Part shown: piece by piece, positions 1 through 12,099 of the stretch
Layout: the number at the start of each line of letters is the position of its first letter
How positions within the stretch are numbered: the stretch's first letter is position 1
Assembly: GCF_001194135.2 (NCBI RefSeq)
Contig: NC_068990.1
Coordinates: forward strand, 5,308,635 to 5,352,097
Direction: 5' to 3'
DNA length: 43,463 bases
From: Octopus bimaculoides
Taxonomy: Eukaryota
The notes under the pieces: generated by a model
The model's input: only the letters and a program-made list of their open reading frames with translations
Told to the model about the DNA's origin: nothing
Database searches by the model: none
Translations under genes and position numbers: made by a program

Positions 1-96
1 ATTAAGACCTGAGAACAATTTAGGTCTTAATAGACACAAGATGTGATCTATTTCTAGCACATTAATTGTCCACGTTAGTGGTCAACGTTATTTTTA

Positions 97-137
<41 letters not shown>

Positions 138-390
138 CCTTTTTTCTTCAGTTTCTGTCTACCAGTTACAGTTATAGAGTATTGGTTGACCCAGGGCTAT
201 AGTGGTACTGAATCTCTAACCATATGATTTTAATGCAAGTTTCCTCACTGCACACCTATACCTGTGCTTCCAGTCATGCTATGAAGCTTATTTACATCTA
301 AGATGTAGTGTTAAGCAGTAATTTCTTTTTAGCAAGATAATGGTTGGAAACATTTTCTAGCATGTTCATGTAATGAAAGAACAATCTATT

Positions 391-625
391 TTAACCCTTT
401 AGTATTTAAACTGGCCATATCCAGCCCAAATATTGGACCTTTTTTTTTTTTTTTTATTAAAACCAGCCAGATCTTGCATTTCACATATAACCTACAATGT
501 CATTCTAAAATCTGACATTTCATCATTGAAATGTTGTAACTACGAAATGAGGCATGAATAATTAAATGCAATGTGAATAAATAAGCATTGCATTTGATAG
601 ACTAATTGGAATGCTAAATGGTTAA
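391..625. mobile_element. piggyBac-type non-autonomous MITE (TTAA-flanked)
   Basis: TTAA-CCCTTTAGTATT ... AATGCTAAATGG-TTAA termini; internal sequence matches the second copy at 40747-40971. Confidence 0.7.
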
Positions 626-1125
626 GAAAAATATTTGTGGTATGATTGAACTTTGTGAGAACAGCAGAAATGAGGGAACTGGTAATTCCCAAGGTAAAAA
701 AAAAAGGGGTCACCTGTATCTAAGTTAAAATTTTGCGAATAATTTCATCACATTGGTGCATATGTACAAAAAATATTGTACAGTAGATTTAATTGGCTAG
801 TTTAGAATATAGCCCAAAAAGCAGGGCTAAAATCAGCCTAAGGAAATTTATATAGTATTGGTCTCGATTAAGTCAACAGTACAAATAGTTGACTTGACTT
901 GTGTCTAGCCAAAATAAATCAATAGTGTTGAAATTAGCAGATACAGAGATCTGGCTTTGATATAGCTTCTGAAGTTTCTGTATTCAAAGGCTGTTGTTCT
1001 ACAAGTTAATTTGATATTGTTTACTCATGTTTATGGTTCTTCTTTTCTCTCCCCTCCCCCTCTCTCCCCTTTCTTTTTACTTTGCTGACACATTATTCCA
1101 TGCATATATAGATTGAAATATCATT

Positions 1126-1131
1126 TATCTG

Positions 1132-1198
<67 letters not shown>
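1126..1198. repeat. (ATCT)n microsatellite
   Basis: Directly visible tetranucleotide run. Confidence 0.95.
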
Positions 1199-1366
1199 CT
1201 GCTTCTCTCTCTATATATAATATATATATTATATACACATACACACATTCATATATATGTGTATATGCACAAACATATACATATGAGTGTCTGTGTGTGT
1301 GTGTTTCCCAAGCATCTAATAACACTATCCGTATCACGTCCTCATGTTGTTGTTTTTTGTTATTGT

Positions 1367-1648
1367 NNNNNNNNNNNNNNNNNNNNNNNNNNNNNNNNNN
1401 NNNNNNNNNNNNNNNNNNNNNNNNNNNNNNNNNNNNNNNNNNNNNNNNNNNNNNNNNNNNNNNNNNNNNNNNNNNNNNNNNNNNNNNNNNNNNNNNNNNN
1501 NNNNNNNNNNNNNNNNNNNNNNNNNNNNNNNNNNNNNNNNNNNNNNNNNNNNNNNNNNNNNNNNNNNNNNNNNNNNNNNNNNNNNNNNNNNNNNNNNNNN
1601 NNNNNNNNNNNNNNNNNNNNNNNNNNNNNNNNNNNNNNNNNNNNNNNN
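1367..1648. other. Assembly gap (N run)
   Basis: Ns. Confidence 1.
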
Positions 1649-1844
1649 CTTTTTAATTTTTTTAATATTTTTCTAAAATTTTCGTTGCATCTTGCAACCT
1701 TTTCAATAGTTTTGACTTTGTCCATCACTCACACTGCGTTTCTGAAAAAGGAACGCAGTGTGAGTGATGGATGGAGTCAAAACTATTGAAAAAGTTGCAA
1801 GATGCAATGAAAATTTTAGAAAAATATGAAAAAAATAAAAAAAG
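1649..1844. repeat. Long imperfect inverted repeat (fold-back), ~92-bp arms, 11-nt loop
   Basis: ...CACTCACACTGCGTT (ends 1740) / AACGCAGTGTGAGTG... (starts 1752); arms pair out to the gap edge with a handful of mostly transition mismatches. Confidence 0.9.
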
Positions 1845-2479
1845 AAATAAGTGGGAAATTTTACTGGTGTGTGTGTTAAATTATAAGGCACCAAAACAGA
1901 ATGACTCTCCCCAGACACAACAGAATATGCTTCAACACACGAACTCACATAAAGACTCTTGCAAACCAAATCCAAAAACGAAATATATATATATGTATAT
2001 ATGTATATGCATATATATACATATATGTATATATGTGTGTTTGTGTGTTTAAATGTATGCGTGCGTGTGCGTGTGTGTGGGTGTGTGTGTGTGTGTGTGT
2101 CTGTGTATTTGTATATTACTTCTTTCATACAGCTTGTAATAATTATATTGGGTTAAAAAACTTGTGACGAAGGAAAAGGCTGAAATCTCAAATGAAACTC
2201 AAACCATTCAGCATCTATAGCCATGATAGATGTGCTAGCAATTGCATTAAACTAGCCTTTGGTCTCTTTCCCCCATTAAGTAAGATGCTTTAATCTCACA
2301 AGCTCATAGAAGATTCATGGTTTAATTACCTAATATATAACAAGCTACTATTATTTATAACTATATCCATTGATAAATGACTTATTTACATATCTCATAA
2401 TGCTTCTATATTTATAGTTTAAATATAAACATATATCATCATAACCATTACTATTTTACATATAACTTTCATGTTGACT

Positions 2480-2790
2480 GTACATGAATGCTGTGATAGC
2501 AGCGAGAGAAAAGTAGGACTGGAAGAAACTGTAGATGTGGGAAGAGAGCAGAAGATGGGAGCAGTTAGAGTATTACATGAGAAAGGAAAGCAAGGAAGGA
2601 GTAGTGGGTTTATGCATCAGTGGAACCCCAGCCACTTCCTTTGGTATCATTCTCTCAATCATGCTTGCCAGAATGGGTTTTCTCCTGCACAACATGTTAC
2701 CAATCGTCGCAATATTTTGTCATCTCCTTTGTGAGATTCAGCATTTTGAGATCAGCTTTAGCAAGATGAGTGACCACAAAGATTCAGAGA
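2480..2790 (-). mobile_element. RTE-clade LINE 3' end fragment with pyrimidine-rich 3' UTR
   Basis: Minus strand reads LKMLNLTKEMTKYCDDW*HVVQEKTH, resembling the RTE ORF2 C-terminus (L.LT..M..DRD.WR..V.EKT). Confidence 0.5.
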
Positions 2791-3001
2791 TCTTTAGCTG
2801 TCTCTGCTTGACTATTTCATAGTTATATATCTCAAAGGCTTCTAATAGTTTCTTCTTCTATAGTCCTTCTTGTGAAAGAAAGCTGGTTAGTTAAGCTTCC
2901 TTACTTATACACTGCAACACATCGTAAGAATGCTTCCAGAAGATACACTTGGAGCTGAAGAATTTAATGATTATTCTCTGTCTATTCTCTGTTGCTCACA
3001 G

Positions 3002-3045
3002 ATTTCTGTGTTACATTTCCTATTTCTGATGATGATGGTCCTCAG
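3002..3045 (+). CDS. Candidate 44-nt internal exon (DFCVTFPISDDDGPQ), product unknown
   Basis: Pyrimidine-rich acceptor ttctctgttgctcacAG and donor CAG|GTAATT with an open frame; no recognisable homology, and a repeat-relic origin is equally possible. Confidence 0.25.
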
Positions 3046-4399
3046 GTAATTGAAACATTTCATCTGCTCTAGGCTTTCTCCATGAAAATAAACATTGATT
3101 GCTTCCTCGGTTTTATTGTCTAACCAACTATAATTGAATAAACATGAACAGTAAAAGTATTTAAATCAGATTCACAAGGAAAATTAGTAAATTTCGTTGA
3201 AAAGCTAGTAATTGTTGAGATAAATAGAAAGTTCTGTATTGTACAGCTAGAAAACCTGAAATCAAATCAACAATTTCTGATATTTTAAAAAAAGTATCAG
3301 AAAATTTATTCTTTGCTTTAGAAAATTAAGTAAATTGTAAATGATGTTTCCTCTGTCATATTTTCCATCTCTCACAGTTTTCTGTGAATATTTAAATTAT
3401 TTCAAACATTTTCTCTCATCTTTCACTCAATTATGCCACTACATTCTAATTGTAATAAGTGGTTGTGGAGATAATTACATTTTATATTGCCTTTGTGATA
3501 TTTTTCTCCTTTTATTAAGTAAGCCTTTACTGGCTATGTTGATTAAGAAGAAAACTCTCATGGTAAATGGTTGGTATAAGAGGCAGCACTTCAAGACAAT
3601 TTAGTAAAATGGAGAATGATGAAGTAATCAACGTACAGTAACAAGACAACCGTTAAATTAGCCAATGAAAAATTATAAACAATCAATTTTATTGAAATGG
3701 GATATGATGACGTAACCAACATGCAAAGGTAAGACAGCCTCTGAATTAGCTGGTGAAAACCGATAAACAAATGTACAATTCTTGTAAAATAGGACAAGAT
3801 TTAACAAAAACAGGAGACAATTACACATGTGACAAGCCAAATATACCTTGACTGGTTAAAGTCTAACCATTAGACAACTCAATTGAGCTCTTAGCTTTTT
3901 AAATCTAACAGAAATAATTGCTAGCTTTAATAATTTTACTGTATTTACCATCATAATGTCCTAAATAACAAGTCTGGGTGTCAGGGGTGTCTGTCCCATT
4001 CTTGGATAGCAGGCACAAATTGTCACCACTTGGCTCTTGCTGTTTAGTCTGTTGCAAGTAATCATACCAGGTCTCTCATCTAAGGATAACTTTGTGCATA
4101 CCTGTATGAATTATGGAAGCCTTGAAAAGGAACTGATGCATTCTCCTTCTGATTTTGATATTTGAAATTTTACCATAAGTAGAAAACATTTAGTTGTTAA
4201 AACATCGAAAAAAAAAACTACCTGAGCTTCCATTGTTCAGATTATTTTTTAAATCTTTTTATTCTTAGTTTAGTTCTATTTTTCATTTACTCTGTCACTG
4301 CATGTACTTTTTATTGGTAAAACCACTCTTCAAGAGATATAAAAACAATTCTACATTACAACCGTTTCTACTGATATTCTTTTTATTGTGCTCAGCGTG

Positions 4400-4775
4400 A
4401 TCATTGCCAAAGCAGCTGTCTGGATTCTGTGCCAGTGGTACGTAAATGGCACCATTTGAGCGTGATCGTTACCAGCGTCACCTTACTGGAATTTGTGCCG
4501 GTGGCATGTGAAAAAACATTCAAGCGAGGTCGTTGCCAGTGCCGCTGGACTGGCTCCTGTGCAGGTGGCATGTAAAAAACACCATTTTGAGTGTGGCCAT
4601 TGCCAGTACCGCCTGACTGGCCCTCGTGCCGGTGGCACGTAAAAGCACCCACTACACTCTCAGAGTGGTTGGCATTAGGAAGGGCATGAGCCTGGTGCAG
4701 CCATCTGGTTCACCAGTCCTCAGTCAAATCGTCCAACCCATGCTAGCATGGAAGGCGGACGTTAAACAAATGAAC
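4400..4775 (+). mobile_element. Composite non-autonomous retroelement: GC-rich ~65-bp tandem units plus RTE-type 3' tail
   Basis: Units starting CCATTTGAGCGTG at ~4451, 4515, 4582, followed by GTGGTTGGCATTAGGAAGGGCAT...CCAACCCATGCTAGCATGGAAGGCGGACGTTAAA; homologous copy at 31502-31865. Confidence 0.7.
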
Positions 4776-5026
4776 GATTATTATTGTCATCAGTAGAAGT
4801 ATTCTCATATGTTCATCTTACCAGTTTCATTCAGTGGACTCACCATGCTGTGGCTTTAAAGGTTTAGTTGATCAAGTTGTACATATTTCATTTGGTATTT
4901 ATTTTATCAATCTCTATTCATTAGACATGAGCAACACAGTGTTAACATAAATGTAGACACATACTTATGCATAGATACACCTACATACATGTACACACAT
5001 GCACGCACGCATGCACATATGCATGT

Positions 5027-5068
<42 letters not shown>

Positions 5069-5084
5069 ACACACAGGTACTTTT

Positions 5085-5245
5085 GCATGAAAGACTGATA
5101 CAGATTTTCTCTACCAAATTCTACTCACAAGATATTTGTTGATTTGTGGTTGAAGAAGATACTTGACCAAAGTGTTATATGGTGAGATTGAAATTGGGAC
5201 TACATCGTTGTGAAGTGAATTTATTAACCATACACTCATACCTAC
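5085..5245 (-). mobile_element. tRNA-derived SINE, 5' half, degenerate
   Basis: Reverse-complement similarity to the full copy at 28900-29330. Confidence 0.6.
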
Positions 5246-7721
5246 ATCTATTCATGATATAAAATGAAATTCTTTACATTTTGGGTTCAAGTCCAAAAGT
5301 AATTACCTTTACCTTCTGTCTCCAAAGATTGATCAAATAAGTTCTAATCATCTAGTGAATCTTTATAAATTCTTTAGAAATATGTGACATTGTGTTAATA
5401 TAAGAAACCATTGTTAACATTAACAAAGACACCAATGACATTCTGAGTTTCAAACATGATAGTAGACAAAGGGTTTTATTAACTAAGTAAAGCAAGTGAT
5501 TTCTGGTACAAAGTAACTATGAATTCCAGAAAATGATTGGTTTAGCAAAATGGGATATGGCGACATAATTGATATTCAGAGATAATGATCAAATTAGCCA
5601 ATGAAAAGTAATAAATAAATTAACTATTGTAAGAAAATGAAATAAGATTTATCAAAACAGGAGACTATTATGCAATCCTAAAACTGAGTTGTAACATTTT
5701 TGATTAAAAGTATAAACGAGCAGGATACGATTATGAAACCGACAAGCAGAGTCAATCAGAAAATTGATAACATGACATGAATTAAAAGCAAATGACAAAC
5801 TGATTGTTTTAGCAAGGCAACCAATAAAAACAGAACTAACGAATAAGTAAAATAAATTGATGACAATTATAAGCAATGGTTTTATAAAACAAAATTTAGA
5901 AATTGGGCAGTGAAAAATATAATTACACAGAAAAAGGAACCCACTGAAAAGTATTTGAAACCTGCACACAATTCTTAAAATCCCCCACTTTACTTGATTC
6001 TCTGTGATAAAACAAACAACTCAAGAAAAGAAATCAGTTTAAATAAACAATATACTTTACACCAAGTATTAAGTATTCTCTTTTTGTTTCATTGATAAAC
6101 TATAATATATATACATATATACCTTCACTTACAAACACATACCACATACTTACAGATTTATACAATTGTTATTAGTTTTTCTGATATGTTTTGCTAAAAG
6201 TTGAAAAAAAAGCAAAAAAAAAAAACAGGACAATAGGTGTGGTTAATCTCTTTGATGTGAAATTCTAACACTCTACTGACTTTTCTTCTATATAATATTT
6301 GTTACTACATCAAAGAAACAATATTATTGTTTTTTAATATTTCTAGTAATATTTTTCCATTTCTACTAGTATCCCATCACCACTTATAATTTGCAATGAT
6401 ATTGACATAAATATGTGGCTTAGAATCTCGTTTTGCAGCTATGTTTTTCTGAATATGATCAAACTCGGTGGCAGCACCAATATTTTGTACCAGTCTAGAA
6501 AAGGTCTGACCAGAAATTATGAAGACAAGCTAAGTTTGTTTTTACAATTAATAATATGAGAATTTTTTTTCATATAAGTTAAATTCAAAGTCACATCCCA
6601 ATGTAATTGCAACATTGCAGCAAATAAATGAGACATGGTAACATCTATTCAGTTATTATAATACAAACTAGACAGCAGCAATTTTTCTACTTAAGTGTTG
6701 TGCTGTGAAATGAAGGAGTTGAGATTCAGGTTTTGGCACATTTATTCATAGCTATTGAGCCAAAAATACACAGTTTGTTATCAGTCGGGTAATTTTATAG
6801 GTAATTATTGGTCATATGCAGTTTAGAAAGATTGCATTCGTAAACTTTGCTACTTAGACATTGTCTAACAGTAATCTGAAGCAGTTGGAATAGTTCCAAG
6901 AAGGTGGCTTTGTAGGGAAGCAAAAAAACTCAAGAACATTGATCAGCGAGTTCAAAAGCTTAATTTTCATTTGATGAGACACTTTGCACTGTGGAAATTT
7001 GGTTTTAGGTAATTCAAGTTTCCTTGGTATGTCTCTGACATGCACTTGAGATCATCAGTGTTGAGAACCTGATCTCATTTGGCAATAAGAAGGGAAAGAA
7101 TTTGCATGATATTACAGTTTTCTGTTGAAAACCGATGTCAAAGATATCAGTGAATCCAGTCTAAAATACAGGAATCCAAGCCTTACAACAAAAATCGAGC
7201 AAATGGTCTCAACTATTTGTTGAACAACTTTGAACAAACTTCACTGATTATCAAGTTCTCCTAATGATGTGATAATTTGCCTCCCTAGTTTGGTTTTTCC
7301 AAGTGTTTGCCCATATTCCAAATACCGTCATTGTCCAGTTTCTTTTGTTCACTTTCTGTATTCCTAACCAATGAAGGAAATTGCATCATTTTTACTAGAT
7401 GTTTAATTCAAAGCAGAACTTAAAGAGAATGAGGAGAACACAAAAGGTTGCAGACAAAAATGGTAGAAGCACCTTGCTATCAGTTTTCCCTGATGACTTG
7501 GTATTCTCTCTGAAATGGAATAATGTATCCAAAAGAAATGGAGGCATACAATGCACGCTGACAAATCCAATTAAAGAATCTTTTCATGCTCACTTTTTTA
7601 TTTGGAATACTCGTGTACAGTGGACTGAGCCAAGAAATATAGCGTTAAATGCTTCAAAGACTTCAAGTGAGACTAAAATATGCAAGCCTAAGACTTAATG
7701 AACATTTGTTCATGTACTAAT

Positions 7722-7778
7722 GTTATGTGTCACCTAATGCTATTGTTCAAAGCACAATGGTATTAGGTGACACATAAC
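7722..7778 (+). other. Short near-perfect hairpin (24-25 bp stem, 7-9 nt loop)
   Basis: GTTATGTGTCACCTAATGCTATTG / CAATGGTATTAGGTGACACATAAC; the two non-Watson-Crick positions are G:U pairs on the + strand. Confidence 0.8.
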
Positions 7779-7999
7779 CAGATGTCAACAGTAATAGAAT
7801 TCAATGATGACATTATGCACTGCAGAAGCAATTCAGTATCAACCTCAGAAGCTGCTCAATATCCAATATTTTCTTCACAAATAACATTGTTGTGACAAAC
7901 ATGTGAAAGTTGGTCCATTTTCAAAATATCCTTCAAATGCAATTAATAAGAAAGAGACCAAGTTACACACTTCTTAAGGTATTTTTTCATTGCTTGAAG

Positions 8000-8205
8000 A
8001 AAGGTGAGGGTTGGTGACAGGAAGAACATCAAGTCATAGAAAATCTGCCTCAATAAATATTTGGATGTTCAGCCACACTGCATGTATGGCTGAGTAGAAG
8101 AATTTACTTACATAAGTAGTAAAACCTCTGCTTGCAAATTGGACGTTAAAATGATGATCATGATGTATGTATGTATGTATGTATGTATGTATGTATGTAT
8201 GAATG
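8000..8205 (+). mobile_element. RTE-type 3' tail fragment followed by (GAT)n/(ATGT)n
   Basis: ...GGACGTTAAAATGATGAT end shared with 41742-41895. Confidence 0.55.
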
Positions 8206-9360
8206 CATGAATGCATGCATGTATGTATCTAGCAATCCATATAGCTATATCTATCTCTATATATCCCTACTTCTTTACAATCTTCTCGTAATATTCAGAA
8301 GTGTTTACAGCATTCAAAATACTGCACATTTGTGATTAAATTAATATGGTGTGGTGGTACTGAGTAAAGTGTACTTAATGCTATATAACATTAGTAAATG
8401 GTCTGTGACTAGTATTGAATTTTGAAAGTTCTACATCTCTGTGGCCTAGAAATAAATTTAATTTAATGCTCATGTTAAAAGCTGGCTATAAATTAATATT
8501 CAGAGAATTTGCTACCTGATCAGAATAAACCAAGTTTGTTTTCCTTTAAACTTTTCTATATCACTCAATGAACATAATTAAGTGCTACATCTAATAGGAT
8601 CTAAAATGTTTTTAAGCAATATGAGTGAATAAAAATGAGCTTAATAACTAAGCTTATATGAAAATATATCTAGTGAAGGAGAACTTCCTTGAGTAATTCT
8701 ATCATGTTTCAAAAATTTTGCAATAAAGTCAAATAAAGATTTATGAAGCAGTCTGTTGATAGATATAAATTATTACAAATAGTGAAGTGAATTATAGTTT
8801 TGCTTTGCATAGCTTAGAAGAAATGATTATGTATACAAGCACCCCTGTAGCCAAAAATATACTTCAAGATGAAATTAACTTTTTAACTTCAATGTCTGAA
8901 ATTAAATATAATCTTGAACACATTTCTGTTTGATGTATGATTTACTATCGATCAGAACATTATTAGCACAAGAATTGCATTGCTGCAAAAGACTCATGTA
9001 CAAAATTTTATTTACTATGGATAAATTCTTGCACTTAGCAAAACAAAAGAAGCTAAGTTCATAAGAACTACCTTAGACATCATAGTTTTATTCTCCTATC
9101 ATAAAACTATTCACATTTATGATGCTTTACCGGAATATTAACTTGACACACAGGACTTGACTGGTACTTTATTTCAAAAATTCTGAAAACCTCAAAGGCA
9201 AGTAAATTTCAGGAGGAATTTGAAACCAGAATAGAGACGGCCATAACCAGAAACTCTAGAGAATTTTATCCAACACTCCAATAATTTTGCCAATCCACTG
9301 CTTCAAATTAGCACAGGAATATCATATATAATATACTTTGCATGAAGGTTTATTTATTAA

Positions 9361-10615
9361 TACAAGTGCCAGCTGGAAAGTTCATAGGCTGACCAAGATA
9401 TCCTCATGAACTGGGACCCATACTCTTCTTCTGTTGGTGTTGTAGTGATTGAGTCCCATTAGTGTAGAAGCTTTCATCTTGTTGGTCAAAAGAGTCATCA
9501 ACAGCAGAAATAACATCATCCTCACTGTGATATTGGTTACCAGCTAAGTGCTTTTTCATGCTAGGGAGCAGATGATTATCAGATTGGGCCAAATAAGGAG
9601 AATAGGAGGAGTGATCAACCAGTTTAAAGCCACAATCATGCACAACAGCCATTGAAACAATGGACTTGTGTGCTAGAGCCATTATCCTAATGAAACAAGA
9701 CCTCTTTCATCAGTTTTCCTGGGCCTTAGGTCTTGATATCCTTTTGTAACTTCCTCAGTAAGTAGACATGGTACTCTCCATTGATGGTGTCACCCTTCTG
9801 AAGATAGTCAATAAACACAATGCTTTTTGCATCCCCAAAAACTGAGGCCATCACCTTCCCTACAGATGAAACGACCTTGGCCTTCTTTGGGCAGATGAGG
9901 AGAAGTGCTTCCACTGCAAAGATTATCAATTTGTCTCTGGCTCAAAGTGATGAAGCCAACGTTCATTCTGGGTTAGAAAATGTTCAAGAAAACCAACTCG
10001 ATACCCCTGAAACAGTGTCATATTTTCCTGTCATGTGATCAACCTGGCGTGCTTTTCATCAGGCACCTAAGAAGACATGGCACTCAACGGTCATAAATCT
10101 TCATCATGTCAGCTCATTATGCAAAATATTCACAACTCTGTCATGGGATATGCTAATAGCATTGGCTGTTTGATTTATAGTCAATCGCCTGTCACCCATA
10201 ACCATGTAGTGAACATGATCAATGTTTTCCTCAGCAGTGGCAGTTGCAGGATGTTTAAACCTGGGGTTAGTATTAAGACACTTCCTTTCCCCTTCCCAAT
10301 TCCAATTGTTCTCTTTTACGGTTGATAAAGCTGGAGTATCATCTCTTAATGTAGCAACCATGTGAGCATGAGTGTCCTTGGCAGCTAAATCCTACAGGTA
10401 CTTAATAATACCACGCTGCCAAATTTTGTCCATTTTCAAGAGAAGTCATGACAAGCTATTTCTAAAGTCTTCTTTGAAGAGTCAGATGTCAGTTTACCTG
10501 GGAAGAAACAATGCAGTTATTAATAAAAAGAGATAAGATTAATGTGTGCAAAATTTCACAGCTCTAGCATCACTCCTTTATAGTCAGTCTTTGTTCTTTT
10601 CAGCCCACCCTTGTA
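9361..10615 (-). mobile_element. Full-length (~1.25 kb) mariner DNA transposon, transposase pseudogenised
   Basis: Imperfect ~35-bp TIRs (TACAAGTGCCAGCTGGAAAGTTCATAGGCTGAC / rc TACAAGGGTGGGCTGAAAAGAACAAAGACTGAC) with TA ends. Broken ORFs carry mariner motifs: HTH region (DRRLTINQTANAISISHDRV), GKVMASVFGDAKSIVFIDYLQKGDTINGEY, and SYSPYLAQSDNHLL (= YSPDLAPSD motif). Confidence 0.92.
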
Positions 10616-11822
10616 TTAGCAAATTACTGTACTTAGTAAAAGTAAAAGAAATTAAATCTAGTCAAGTTATCTCATTGCATATGATGTATCTTTGTGGCTT
10701 TTGTTAGGGTTAAATGCATTCAATGGAAAATTTGTATGTTATGGCTTATTCTATGTGGTACTCATCCATTTTCAAACTGTTATAACATTCAAGATTCAAA
10801 TGTGACCTTCCTTTTTTAAAGACCACAATATATGTGTGATTTCAGCAAGGATGGATGCTATTTTTAGCAGGTCAAACAAGCATACAGACAGTCTTTCATT
10901 GGCTCATTGATGACGACTGGAGATGATAATTGTAGACAGCTAGATGACACTCTCAAAATTATATTTTGCAATAATGGATTCTCAATACCAATTTTTGTAT
11001 TTTAGTATCATTTCAATTGGTTTTGAGTGATGTTAAAAGAAAATGAAAAATATAAAAGTTAAAAGCTACACAAACACTGAGGTAGAGAAATTATTTAAAC
11101 AATCAAAATGCTAAAGTTCTTAGTCAAAGTGCACTTTTAAAATATTTCTAATATTAAAAAATTATAATGGAAAAAAGCAAACAACCACATATTGATCTTG
11201 TGAAGAAAGATAAGTTCAATGAAAAAAATGGAAAAAATAAAATGAAGATTAATGGTGTAGAGAGAAGCAGGAGCTGGAGGAAGGGAGGAGACTGATGTAG
11301 AAAAACAAATTTGATAAAATGTATGATATTCCTTTCTTGTGGTAATATGGGTGGAATGGTTTTTCACATAGTGATATATGTTAGAACAGACTTTTATAAT
11401 TGAATATCTATCTAACCACTCAAATGTTAATTAAATTGAATCATTGCTATCATCATTTTACATCTGCTTTCTATGCTGGCATGGGTTAGGTGAGTAGTCA
11501 CAATCTGATTTATTTCATTTTGGGAGCTGTTGCTTCCATATATTGCTTCTCTTGTGCATTATTTGACTTGGATGCATTTTGTGGTAGCACCAATACTAGA
11601 GAGGCTGAATTGCTCTTCTGTAAAACAGGACTAAAGGGATCTCACAACACTGTACATTATCTGCTCAGTTGCTAACCACTTGGGCTGAATGCATTTTCTT
11701 TAGCTCAAGCATTACAGAGGTTATTTTGCTCATCAATCTCTTTAGGGAAGCATGACAGGTGTGTATGTGTAGAGGGGGGATTTCTGTCATGACACCAGCA
11801 CAGGAGAGAGTGTTTTGTAAAG

Positions 11823-11975
11823 CTTGTTAAGATTATTTCAACAGATATTCTTATAGAAATTAAACCCAGCACTGATTTTTGTTGCAACATTTTGGATATG
11901 AAATGTCATAACAAAAATCAGTGCTGGCTATTGTTATAATTTCTATAGGATATTTGTAGAGATAACCTTAACAAG
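11823..11975. repeat. Older fold-back inverted repeat, ~70-75-bp arms, ~8-nt loop
   Basis: CTTGTTAAG...CCAGCACTGATTTTTGTT...ACATTT / AAATGT...AACAAAAATCAGTGCTGG...CTTAACAAG. Confidence 0.85.
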
Positions 11976-12099
11976 TGATGTAAAGTGCACTGCTAACACA
12001 GTAGAACATGGTATTGACTTATAAAAACGTTTAATATACTTTACAGTATATTATGGTTGCATAAAAAATACCATGTCCCCAGAAATCATTAATGTTGTG

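Noticed and set aside
1-31. Perfect 10-bp hairpin ATTAAGACCT/AGGTCTTAAT, with CTAG ~23 nt later (Helitron 3' end?)
   Set aside because: At the window edge, AT-rich stem, spacing atypical; cannot be supported
11483-11495. Perfect donor-like AG|GTGAGT
   Set aside because: Lies in a repeat-tail relic (ATGCTGGCATGGGTT) with no upstream acceptor or open exon
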